DNA of 57,653 nt, taken from Octopus bimaculoides (lineage: Eukaryota). Below the pieces are notes generated by a model, which was not told the DNA's origin, ran no database searches, and was given only the letters and a program-made list of their open reading frames with translations. Below are positions 38,122-51,339 of this stretch, piece by piece. Numbering within the stretch: the stretch's first letter is position 1; every line of letters starts with the position of its first letter. The translations under genes and the position numbers were made by a program. The DNA is taken from the NCBI RefSeq assembly GCF_001194135.2, contig NC_068981.1, positions 124,018,099 to 124,075,751 on the forward strand. The letters are read 5' to 3'.

Positions 38122-38358
38122 CATAGATATATATACACATATATGCATGTATATAATTATATATATTATCTATATTATTATTTCATTGAACGCCACGCAT
38201 CCATTTCCAAGTAAGTTTATCTTAATCTTTTTAATGCGACACAACTCTATACTGTTTTCTCCCCATCGCTTTCTTTCTTATACTTTCTCTAATTCCCTTT
38301 TTTTTTCTCCCCTGCACCGTTTATTCTATTTGTCTCTTTCTCACCCCTCTTTTTCCTT

Positions 38359-38408
<50 letters not shown>

Positions 38409-39484
38409 GCTCACACGTGACCATCGTCCATCTTTCTTTTCCACGTGTGATCATCTTTCTTTTCTTTCAGGACTGTCCTAAGTACTGGACGTGTCCTATC
38501 TCTCTCTTCTATCTTTTCTTTCGTCAAAGAAAATATTTCTCCAGCGTTCGCTGTTTTACCATCGTTCTGGTATAACGACTCTCCATGTTTGTTTTCCTTC
38601 GGTTTCCTTGTATGTCTCCACTGTCCTGTTTTTGTTCCCAACTTTAACCCTCCATAAATCCCAAATTTTATTTTGGTACTTGTGGGAGCAACTGTCTTCG
38701 AAGACTCATATTGTCGTTCAACGCTCGAAATGAAGAGTAGATAGACAGCTGACAACTGATAAAGGGTCGTTCTTTATGTTACTTTCCTGTTTGTCATTTG
38801 TTTCTCTCGTTGTTTGCGTATTGAACTCATTTCGTTTCGTATTTCATGTTGCTTACTGTTGGTGACGTCCTGTACCCATATTTGCAAATGTATCTATATA
38901 AACATACATATGTATATGCATGTATATATTATTTATCTATATATACATATATATACATATATATACATATATATACATACATATACATATATACATATAT
39001 ACNNNNNNNNNNNNNNNNNNNNNNNNNNNNNNNNNNNNNNNNNNNNNNNNNNNNNNNNNNNNNNNNNNNNNNNNNNNNNNNNNNNNNNNNNNNNNNNNNN
39101 NNNNNNNNNNNNNNNNNNNNNNNNNNNNNNNNNNNNNNNNNNNNNNNNNNNNNNNNNNNNNNNNNNNNNNNNNNNNNNNNNNNNNNNNNNNNNNNNNNNN
39201 NNNNNNNNNNNNNNNNNNNNNNNNNNNNNNNNNNNNNNNNNNNNNNNNNNNNNNNNNNNNNNNNNNNNNNNNNNNNNNNNNNNNNNNNNNNNNNNNNNNN
39301 NNNNNNNNNNNNNNNNNNNNNNNNNNNNNNNNNNNNNNNNNNNNNNNNNNNNNNNNNNNNNNNNNNNNNNNNNNNNNNNNNNNNNNNNNNNNNNNNNNNN
39401 NNNNNNNNNNNNNNNNNNNNNNNNNNNNNNNNNNNNNNNNNNNNNNNNNNNNNNNNNNNNNNNNNNNNNNNNNNNNNNNNNNNN

Positions 39485-39566
<82 letters not shown>

Positions 39567-40627
39567 TGTATCTATGTATGTATGTATGCATGTATGTATG
39601 TATACATACATGTAATAAGTAATGGTAAGATCCAAGGATCAAGGTGTAGGAAGATTAGTAAGCTCGGAGCAGTCTGTAGAAGGTATAAATAACAACTTTC
39701 AGGAATAATAGTGGTTTATTGACGTAACAGTTTGTCTAGTTTTCCAGTATCGAAGTTCGATAAACTGAAAAAATTGTTTTATAGCATACGGTTAACAGCA
39801 GAGGCTGCGAATAGAAATCCAAAGAGAGAGACAGAGAGAGAGTATTTGTGTAGGTGTGTATGTAACTGGTCGTCAATATGGTACATTGGTGTTAGCTCAT
39901 TTGGACTTATGGTTACGACTAGGTTTGTTCTCTCAAATGAAAACTGACTCTTAGTATTAGATCATAAGATATGTAGGCACTCTCACAATACCAAGTCAGT
40001 TTATGTAGAGCTTATTGCTAAAATATGGATCTAGCTTTCTTTTCAACATAACCCATCCAAAGTCTATTGAACTTACCACCTACATCGTATAATCCGGGCT
40101 GTCATAATTATGTAGTATTCACGAAAGTTTAATCACTTTCCTGACATGCCCATTATATTTTAGAGTTTATTTCTTAATATGCAACTCATATGTGAGTTTG
40201 TCTCACATATCTTGCTTTGACCATTATCTGTACTGATGTACCTCTCGAATGAATTGTACTTACAAATGATCGATCTGGTAGCATCACCTTTCGTTTGTTT
40301 ATTGGCTGTTTTTTATTTATATTTTTCAGTAATTTATATATCAGTTTGACATTAATTACTCCCATGATTAAAGATGGAAGTAATTAAGAAGAACAATAAA
40401 CAATAAATGAGGTAAAAGAACAGAAAATGAAGAAAAAGAACAGAAAGAATAATGCTAATTTCTGGAGTTTATAGAATCTGTCCACAAGCTAATTAAGACA
40501 GAATTAATTAGAAATAGTCGAAAAATTAATGTAGCTGCTTCAGTGTGTCCATCAACGGCTAAAATAACTCCTCCACCTTGTAATTGTTTCAATACACCAC
40601 TTATGTACATATCACCACAGAAATACA

Positions 40628-41101
40628 GCTATCTTTTATCTTTTACTTGTTTCAGTCATTTGACTGTGGCCAAGCTGGGGCACTATTTGCAGGGTTTTAG
40701 TCGAACAAATAGACCACAAGGCTTATTTTTTAAAACCTAGCACATCCTATCGACGTATCTTCCCGAACCCCTAAGTTACGGGGACGTAAACACACCATTA
40801 CCAGTTGTCAAGCGGTGGTTGGGGCAACAAACACAGACACAAAGACACACATACACATATATATATTCTTTTATTCTTTTACTTGTTTCAGTCATTGCTG
40901 AAGTACTGGCTTAAGGGCTTTTTAGTCGAATAAATTGACCCCAGAGCTTATTCTTTGTTAGCCTAGTACTTATTCTATCGGTCTCCTTTTCCGAACCGCT
41001 ATGTTAAGGGGATATAAGCACATCAGCATCGGTTGTCAAACGATGGCAGGTGTACAAACACAGACACAAAGACACACACACACACACACATAAATACATG
41101 C

Positions 41102-41144
<43 letters not shown>

Positions 41145-41296
41145 GCTTCTTTCAGTTTCAGTCAATCAAATTCACTCACAAGGCTTTAGTCGGCCCGAAG
41201 CTATAGTAGAATACACTTGCCGAAGGTGCCACGCAGTGGAACTGAACCCGGAACCAATAGGTTAGAAAGCAAGCTTCTTACCACATAGCCAATGCT
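40628..41296 (-). mobile_element. Two adjacent SINE family A copies (3' half plus a full-length copy)
   Basis: The tail cttttacttgtttcagtcatt occurs twice (about 40635 and 40875); one head at 41240-41296. Confidence 0.85.
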
Positions 41297-44200
41297 AAGC
41301 CTATTAAAATAAAAATTAAAAGACGCAGTTATCACAGTTGGAAAATTTTCGTCATAAACCTACTCGCTCAGAACAACAATAACATAAATATCTATTTCTT
41401 ACTACGACAAAATGTCACAAATTGCATATAAAGGGGGGTTGTGTCAACTGAATCAATCCCAGTCGTAAATCAACCACAGTCGGTCTAACTTGAAGACCTA
41501 AAGACACATGATAAGAGTTTTATCCGGCAAAATACCATTTTTGTTCATCTTCTTACCAGGCTGAATATCAACTAAGGCACTGTACTTAACAGGCAACCAA
41601 GAAAATTAAGTTAAATTAGCTGAAACAACATAACAGGGAAAACAAAACATAAACTGGTAGAAATACAGCAAGTTATAAAATAAAATTTTTATATTCGTTA
41701 ACATAGCGTGCTGTGTTCTTGGTAAAATTAGAGAATATCGGACGAAATGCCTTGTAGCGTTTAGTTACATTGCTTTATATTCTTAGTTCAAATCTTGACC
41801 TGATGCAGTCTGTAAAACAAGTACCAGTCGATAAAAATAAGCATAATCTGATAAAATCGATTACTCTTTATAACCGAGTATCCCAGTAGAGTTTCATTTC
41901 GATAGCAGAATGTAGTAGCGTTGCTCTAGAATAGTTATATATTGTTGTCGTTTTTTTCTTGGGGGGGGGGGGTGCCCCAAGTCACCCCAGATTGAGCTGG
42001 CCTATGATCTAAGTCATTCCAGTAACGACCATCCCGCCCTTCTCCCATTTTGGGGGAGCCAATGAATATGTTATTCAACGCGTCTGTTTTAAATATGCTA
42101 ATCTATGATTTGTGGAAAATTTAGCTGCTCATTCTAGCAGTTCAAGTGAATACGTATTTGTTTCTTCATCGGCTCTGCTCCAAAACAGCGTTTCTGAATG
42201 GAGGATGAAACGCCCCTGTTGATGGTTTTATGGAAAATTTAGAGTTAGTGTCAAATGAAAATACCAAATGTACCACACTGATATTGCATACTATAAGTTT
42301 CATGTGGTGCCTCAGGGGCAATGATAGTTTTACAATATCAAAATGGGATCATTGATCAAATATAGTTGAGATACACGTCTCTAGTGGGTACTGAATCACA
42401 ATCACATATAGCCGAACTAAATATCTCAAGATAGACTAATGAAGGAGCCTTTATGTTGTAGCCCGACCTGTTAGACATAGTATTTGAGTCTCCAAAATCG
42501 TACTCAACGTCTTAAAAACAGAAAAGAAATATTGGATAATGTAGTCCTAGATACACAATTTCTGAAAACATTAGACCATAGGTCTTTTCAATCAAGACTA
42601 AACCATAACATGTATCTGACGAACAACAGATTCGTGTACTTTGGTCGAGACGACTGTTTCCAAATTTTAAAAACAAAAGTGTTTGCACTCATGAAGTCCA
42701 ACTTCAGTTAAAGGAATTCCTGGAGGGCAAACACCGATGTTTCCAGTAATATACAGTATAAGAGAATAAAGAAAAAGTGTCACGTGAATAACTTACGATG
42801 TAAGTTTCTGCTCTAATCTCTCTGGGTTCAAATCCCACTTAGGTCAAGTTTACTTTCCTTCCTTTCGGGATCGATAATATAGTACCAGTTCAGAACAGTA
42901 GATCGCGGTATCTTTGAGCGCCGAACGTGATGCCAAGCTGTGTATGTTTCGGCTCTGTGTTCAAATTTTACCTTCTCTGAAATGAAAACAAAAAAACAAC
43001 AAACCCTTCGTACCTCGAAACCAACGGTAATTGACTTGGGGAGTCCTTAAGCAAGTGCGAAAGTATTTCAGTTGATCACTCAATGCCAATGTAACAGCTG
43101 GAAGGAGGGAACGCAAAAGTCTTTCACTTTCAGTGCATGCAACGAAAGAAAGATTTCATAGAGGAAAACCAAGGAACAGTCAGAATGGTTGAAGCCGCGG
43201 CTCTCAAACGATATCCACGTCACAATGGTGCTACGGTAATTTTTTTATGAGTAAAATACTAATGTCTGTATGCCTTAACACGTTATTCATAGTTTCGTTA
43301 TCTTTGCTAATACAATGTAAGGCAAGATAAGCAATAGCCTTCTACAGAAGAGCAGAGGCTACGGTAATAGCAGTATAAAAGATGGAAGATACAGCATATC
43401 TGTAGACCGGAAATTACTTTGTATCCACCAGATTAGAATGTGTAGCCGATACGTTATGCCTGAAAAAGATGAGGAAGTCAGCACTGGAAGGCCTTTGCTC
43501 ATTCGTCTGCCCAATCAGAATTGATCTGGGGCCACACAACAACATCAAAACTACAGAAAAACAAACAGAATACAATAATAAACAAAGAAGTTTCGACGTA
43601 GTACAAACTGAATCATAGAGGCTTAAACTGAATAGAATATAAAATATTTTTACAACAACTTACACACTAATTCTGAAAACTGCTGATTTATATGTGAATG
43701 TTGCCAAATAGCCATATGTGTACCAATTTTGAAAGTTAAAGATAAATATTATCGAAATTAAACTGAATTGGTTTTAGGCAAAGAGAACATAAATATAAAT
43801 AGTTATTGTACAAAATGTCTCCCCAAATTTGTTCTTTAAGATAATTCCAAGCGTAAAATAGAGAAAACACTTGGAATCACTCGAGAAATATACGTATATA
43901 TGTGTACATATATATATACATATGTACATATACATATATATATATGCATGTATAATATGTCTGTATATATATACATCCAGTGTAAAACTTCTACAACTTG
44001 GTCATACCTCCATTTTTTTAATTTCGCTTACCTTTGCCAACAAGAAAAGTACTGAAAAAAGTAGCTATCACTTGAACAGAGGTGTAGTAAGGATACTCAC
44101 TACCTGAGAGCAAAGATGATTTCGTATCCTCACCCTAACAGAAAGACACGATAAACAAGAGAAAATTGTGCAGCTGTTAACACCTGTGCGCGGGGATAAC

Positions 44201-45619
44201 TACTACCCGCATCACCTTCTTGCTATGCATCTATATTGATAAAGACGATATAGTTATTACATTCGCAACAGTTTATTGATTGAGACGTTTTTTTTTCATT
44301 TGGATCAACGGCGTAACTACGAAAATGTGTGCAAACATCAAGTAGATGTAAACGAATGACTAAAGTCAATGACTGCAAAGGAATTTGCTATGAATAGTTC
44401 GAGCAATTAATAGTAGATATCGACCCAAACACCAAATGAAACTTCTAAATTCGGTAAGATTTAGACAAATAACTTCGCCACTACATACACATGTAGAGTG
44501 GAAATAAGATAAAAGAAATATGCGTTTCAAATGGGTTTACGAAAGTATTTTTCAAAGAAATAATTTCATAAAAATATATCATTTCTCCCTTGTATACTGC
44601 AATAAAGCATAATGTTTTATTTGTAATAGAGTATGGAATGATATAAATATATTCGCGGTCTTTTATTATGATAGTCACTTGTTGATCTCAAAGTAAGAGT
44701 ATCCCGGTGTTCTATCAACAGGACAACCTACTCAATGAATTAGAGAAGTGGCTGAGTATTCCAAAGACGTGTGAATTCACTTGCAGTAGGGCCAAACACA
44801 GGACCAATGCACTTGATCGTTTTTGGTTATTTTTTTAACCTATATCTCATTAGTTAAATAACCTCTTTCTAAAGTACTTTCAACACGCTTGTTTAATCCG
44901 ATAGTTAATTTTACGTCTTAGCTGAATATATAAAGAATTTTCAGTGGGTTTTTTTAGCTGGTTATTGTTTCTTGCAAATATTATAATGTTATCTATATAG
45001 AAGAAATTCTTAATAGTTTGTTTGTAGCATCTAGAATCCTTAGTAGTTTCGTTAATATCACTAATATTATTTTCTCCATTTCATCTTCTCATTCTCCTCT
45101 GTTGGTTTGAGTTAGCAGAAACAAGCAGAGCGTTGATCTGAAGTTCCTTACTATGTTGCTGCTATTTTTGCAATGTATTTATAAAAATGTTGCTACTAAA
45201 GAACTGGAGGTTGAAACGTGATGGAGAATCTATTTCTTGTGAAAATAAAGTTAGCTTCAAAACCAAGTTGACTTCTATGATAATTTTATACTACATTTGA
45301 GAAACTCTGTTGTGTATCATTGATTGAAATCAGGTTTCGCCAACCAGTAAATAGATAGATGACAACTGACAACGTCCTATAGAGAAATTAATTTGAACTC
45401 TTCCTTTCAGAACTGGTCAATTCAACAAATGAAGACTTTGTTAAAATCGTAGACAGAGAATAAATATATACATAAATAAATAAGTAAATAAATAAATATG
45501 TCGTAAGTTTGAAAGTAATAGACAGAAAGTGTCTATCTTAATTTAAATACGTGGACAAAATAAATTAGAAGAAACGAAACAAATATACGAAAGAAATATA
45601 TTTCATTGATAAGTCCTTA

Positions 45620-45720
45620 GGCGGTGAATTGACGGAATCGTTGGAGCGTCAGGCAGAATGCCTAACACTGAGTTTCAAATTTCGCCGAGGCCGACTTTAC
45701 ATTTCATAACTTCGGAAGCA
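45620..45720 (+). mobile_element. SINE family B fragment
   Basis: ggcggtgaattgacggaatcgtt..tttcgccgaggccgactttac. Confidence 0.6.
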
Positions 45721-46284
45721 ATTATCAAGATAACAATCGATCACAACAGTTGATTCTTTAACCACCGCTGTTATAGAATCGGTTACGTGAAGGGAATAAA
45801 AAGGGAGCGTTCACATCGCGACCCACCAATCCTGCCACTCTTACTCTGTGGATATACAAAAGGAAATAAATCATGAAGATCACTACGCAATAGTGGAAAA
45901 ATATGTGCTTAGTTAGGTATGATATATAAAAGTGTCACCCGGTTTCATACCACCATCTGACCTGTATGTACATATTTTGACTCGTGAATCAATGGAGGAC
46001 GTGTAGCAACCTGAATAGGCGACGTTTTAGTTTCACTATTTAACTGCGTATGTAATTTTAACCAATCAGATATAAATGGACAATCAGCCATTTTTTATAG
46101 TTTTATATTTTCACAGACCACATGATCATGTTAGCTTCACTGTTTTGGCCAATCATAGACCAGATGTCTTGTGATCGTTTTAAAGAAATAAGGCAGAACT
46201 CAAAAGAAATTTTCTCTTGACGCTTTCGCTCTGCGCAAGACAAGCCAATTAGCAGAATTTCTCAATTCTTTTTGAGCTGTCTTA

Positions 46285-46361
<77 letters not shown>

Positions 46362-46833
46362 CGCTCGCTTCCTTCTTAGTTCTTCTTTCACATTATAGAA
46401 CATTCTCATGTCACAAAAACCTGTTAAGCTGAATAAGAAATCATTTGCCAATTATTAAATTCTTCCAGTTTAAATACAAGTACATTATCGTTGTGGCAAG
46501 AGTCATTGACACTCCTGGGGGATTGGAAGAATGGACTAGCCGAAATCGTATAAAGAGTAGCATATTGGTTGAGACAAGAGGTCAGCAGAGGTCATTGAGC
46601 CGGTGTGTTAGTTTCCGAGTTGAACTCACACTGAACCCGGTGTATTAGTGCGAACTGAACTCGCACCGAACCTGTAAGTTGCCGTAATGGTAGTTGTTCA
46701 AATTACTGTATGTTGGTCCCGTCGCTATAATGTTGTAGGGGTTCGATTCCCCTGCTCACAATATATCGGGTGCAGCTGTGCAGTATTAGCTAGCTAGAGT
46801 AAATGCCTTGTGGGGGTTAAAAAATTGCGCTAA

Positions 46834-47457
46834 AGTCCGTTTCGAGCGAAAAACAAGAGTGCTAACAAAGAACGCTTAGTACAACGAAAAACATGAGTGT
46901 TGTGTGCAAACGAACAATACTGCCTATGAGTTGGGCAACAACTAGGATAAAAAAAGTGGCGATGAGATTNNNNNNNNNNNNNNNNNNNNNNNNNNNNNNN
47001 NNNNNNNNNNNNNNNNNNNNNNNNNNNNNNNNNNNNNNNNNNNNNNNNNNNNNNNNNNNNNNNNNNNNNNNNNNNNNNNNNNNNNNNNNNNNNNNNNNNN
47101 NNNNNNNNNNNNNNNNNNNNNNNNNNNNNNNNNNNNNNNNNNNNNNNNNNNNNNNNNNNNNNNNNNNNNNNNNNNNNNNNNNNNNNNNNNNNNNNNNNNN
47201 NNNNNNNNNNNNNNNNNNNNNNNNNNNNNNNNNNNNNNNNNNNNNNNNNNNNNNNNNNNNNNNNNNNNNNNNNNNNNNNNNNNNNNNNNNNNNNNNNNNN
47301 NNNNNNNNNNNNNNNNNNNNNAGTCCGTTTCGAGCGAAAAACAAGAGTGCTAACAAAGAACGCTTAGTACAACGAAAAACATGAGTGTTGTGTGCAAACG
47401 AACAATACTGCCTATGAGTTGGGCAACAACTAGGATAAAAAAAGTGGCGATGAGATT
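46834..47457. repeat. Identical 136-bp direct repeat on either side of an N gap
   Basis: 46834-46969 equals 47322-47457; probable assembly overlap. Confidence 0.9.
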
Positions 47458-47679
47458 TGTTTCGATGAAACAATTATTTTATTATTGAGAATTTTCAATG
47501 AAAGAAGTTCCCTGTTCAATACTCGTTGGCAGTGTTTAAATTTTGTTTAAAAAAGATGAAGATTTCGTCACCTATGCTGGGGTCGATAATAGAGTGTGTG
47601 AAAAATTCAAATTAAATTAATTAAACCCCGGATTTGTTCAAATGTCTTTGTTCAAGGTTTAACTGCAAGAAAAGATGCT

Positions 47680-48792
47680 GATATATGTTTCTGTATATTC
47701 CATCAGCATAAAATTTGACTGATTTTGAAGAAAAATAATTATCTAAATGCATTTTGACTCCATCCAAATCGTTAAATGTTTTTCCTTGCAATAAGTTCTG
47801 TATAGACAGAGACAAGTGGTTGGATGGCGCAACATTTGGAGAGTATAGTGGGTGGGGTAAGAGATCCCAACCAAGCTCATGTAACTTTGTTCGAGTAGTC
47901 AAAGATACATGTGGCCGGGCATTGTCTTGTTGGAACACTACCCATTTCTTATCGGCAATCTCCGGTCTTAATTCTTCGAGTTTTTGGTTCAAATTAGCCA
48001 GCTAATGGTCTGGTTTTGTGGGAGAAGCTCATAATAAATAATGCCTTTATGATCCCACCAAACACAAAGCATAACATTTTTGACATAGATATTCGTCTTT
48101 GGTTGCTGTTTTAGGAGATCCTTACACAAACTCCAGGATTTCTTTCGCACTACATTGTTGTACACAATCCATTTTTCATTTCCAGTCAAGTTGTTTCAAA
48201 AAAGGCATTCCGTTTCAAATGCATATCATAAACAGAACACCGGTCCAAACAATTCTTTTCTGAAAGTTTGTGAAAAATCCATACATTATAGCAACAAATG
48301 TATCCTAGCTTCACTAGGTGTTCATGAGCCGTACTTTTAGAAACTTCCAACTCCTCTACAAGTTCTTTAGTGGCGATATTTGAGTTTTCTTCGATTTTTG
48401 CCTTCAAAACATCTTCATCCAATTTTGAAGGTCTTTCGCTGCGACTGTCATCTTCCAAGCTAAACTCTCCAGCTTTAAATTCTGCAAACCACTTTCGAAC
48501 AGTTGATTCACCTACAGCATCGTTACCATAAACTTCACAAATGTTTTTGCAAGTCTTCGCAGCATTTTCGCCTTTTTTTAAAAAAGAAAAGCATTACAAC
48601 GCGAATATGAAATTTTTGGTTATCCATTTCACATGTCAATAAAGGAACTCTATTTTTAGTCAAGAACAAAAAAGAGATCAGCTACTACTTCAAGCAATGC
48701 CAAAGTTTTAACTGTGTTACGTTTCAAGTGTGTTCAATGAAGCGTTAAAAGATTTAGCTTTAAAAGGCTCAGACCTTTCCGGGCAACCTTAT
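47680..48792 (-). mobile_element. Decayed mariner (DD34D-type), 3'-truncated
   Basis: ORF pieces DDSRSERP.., MTGNEKWIVYNN..VMLCVWWD, QQDNARPH..HPLYSPNVAPS; first and third catalytic Asp appear as Asn; putative 5' TIR near 48764-48792. Confidence 0.9.
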
Positions 48793-49194
48793 ACAAAACA
48801 AGAAAATATGAACACTTTCTACACTACTATATTCAATTGACTATAAAACAACAGAATATGTGTGTACATTTTCCCAACATATTTACGATTACTCTGCCTT
48901 GTGTATTACTGTAAACTAATATCTGTTATATTCTAAATCAACATTCTCACGTGTTTTTAATCTTTACTCACAAACCTTGTTAACGTCTATGCTCTTACTG
49001 AATTATTATACTAACTAGATCGGAACTAGTCTGTTTTCTGTTGGATGTTGCAAAAACAAACAAAAAAACGCGTCATTATATATAATCCACTGTTGTTAAC
49101 CCAACACTATATTGTTATATCTTTTTACATTCTGAGTTCAAATCCCACCAAGATTGATTTCGTTTTTCTTTTATTTCATCCTTCCCGGGTTCCT

Positions 49195-49530
49195 TTTTTA
49201 CTTGTTTCACTTGTTGGCCTGTGGCCCTGTTGAGTTAGTCGAATCATCTATAGTACTTATTTTAATCAATTGATTACTTTTTTCCGAACCACTAGGTTAC
49301 GGAGACGTAAACAAACCAGCACCGAATGTCAAACGGTAGCGAGACAGACACAAGTACAAAGATACATTCACACTCATGCATACTTACGGTTGGCTTCCTA
49401 CCTATTAAACTCACTTACAAGGCTTTAGTCAACTCGGGGTTATAGTAGAAGACACTTGCCCAAGATGTCACACAGGGGAATTGAACTCGAAACCAAATAG
49501 CTGCGAAGCGAACTTCTTCACAACACAGTA
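49195..49530 (-). mobile_element. Degraded SINE family A copy
   Basis: acttgtttca.., ggttacggagacgtaaacaaacc, acaaggctttagtc, gacacttgcccaag, gaattgaactcgaaacc. Confidence 0.75.
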
Positions 49531-50049
49531 CTTGAAGTTGTGAGATTCATTCCTACTTTTAACCTATAACATCTGTAACGTGAATGAAATGATGCTTTTC
49601 TAGCTGAGAATCGAAGCCAGGAACTTAATAATAACTTAATTATCACTGTCGCTGACCTCGTTTAAAACAAAATTACGCTGGCTACAGTAATAGAGAGAGA
49701 GCTGATGACAAGCTAGTCTCTCGTGTCTGGTTCTCTTGTGTCATTGCAATAATCACAAAATCTCATCAGAGGATGTGGAACTAGTTAATTTTCTGCTGTA
49801 TGAATAATTAAGAAACTTCTTCAGCGCTAATGACCTTCAGAGCTTTTAAATTAATTGATTCAATTTTCCTCCATTTAACGTGGATTTCGTAACAGCTATT
49901 TTTTTCTTTGTTTTATTATGAAAATACAATTAACCTAGATATTAGAAAAATCTTGCTTCAAATTTCAATTTACAAACATATTAATAATACACACGCTGCA
50001 CATTCATACATGTAAAAACAGAGCGCGCGCATATGCGTAAGCACGTGTT

Positions 50050-50124
<75 letters not shown>

Positions 50125-51288
50125 NNNNNNNNNNNNNNNNNNNNNNNNNNNNNNNNNNNNNNNNNNNNNNNNNNNNNNNNNNNNNNNNNNNNNNNNNNNN
50201 NNNNNNNNNNNNNNNNNNNNNNNNNNNNNNNNNNNNNNNNNNNNNNNNNNNNNNNNNNNNNNNNNNNNNNNNNNNNNNNNNNNNNNNNNNNNNNNNNNNN
50301 NNNNNNNNNNNNNNNNNNNNNNNNNNNNNNNNNNNNNNNNNNNNNNNNNNNNNNNNNNNNNNNNNNNNNNNNNNNNNNNNNNNNNNNNNNNNNNNNNNNN
50401 NNNNNNNNNNNNNNNNNNNNNNNNNNNNNNNNNNNNNNNNNNNNNNNNNNNNNNNNNNNNNNNNNNNNNNNNNNNNNNNNNNNNNNNNNNNNNNNNNNNN
50501 NNNNNNNNNNNNNNNNNNNNNNNNNNNNNNNNNNNNNNNNNNNNNNNNNNNNNNNNNNNNNNNNNNNNNNNNNNNNNNNNNNNNNNNNNNNNNNNNNNNN
50601 NNNNNNNNNNNNNNNNNNNNNNNNNNNNNNNTATATATATAATAGAGATGTGTGCGTATTCACTTTTCACGTGAAAACGGGTCCACCAACTGTTTTCATA
50701 CTTGTGATGCATGAATAATTTGACCTCGGACAAATAATAGGCTGTTCATTTGATTTTTTTTTTTTTTACAATTATCAAAAATTTAAAAAATATTGCTTTT
50801 TATATTACATTCATGTCGTTGAAAGTTTCTAAAATATTTACTTTCGGTTTTCTAGCGTCAGTGACATAACACATCTCTGTATGTATATCTCTCTATCCAT
50901 CTCTATCTCTCTGTAGCATCTCTCCATCTATATCTCTTGTTTTCACTTTCTTTTTTTCAGATGCTATTCTTTTCACTTTCAACTTTCATACGCCATTGTT
51001 TAACTTCCATGTTATTGTTTTCACTGTAAGCTGAAGTTTTCAATCACTATTTACAAACAACGGCAAATTACTGACAGAAAGAAGTTCAAAATTACTGATG
51101 TAAGTAATTTCATAACTTATTGACAGAAGTATCTTCATAAATTTTTAATTCAATCCGTACGGTTTTGTGTTTTGTGTTGACGGTTTCTTTCTGGTTCCTT
51201 CGATACAAGCTCTTTGGTTCACTGACTGACAAATTTCGCTTCAACCCGTACAATACTATATACTATATATATGTATGTATGTATGTTT

Positions 51289-51339
<51 letters not shown>

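Noticed and set aside
46600-46671. Two 35-37-bp direct repeats as a CRISPR-like array
   Set aside because: Only two abutting degenerate units with no spacers, in eukaryotic DNA
46834-47457. Identical 136-bp repeats as LTRs or a tandem duplication
   Set aside because: 100% identity directly abutting both sides of a gap indicates an unmerged contig overlap
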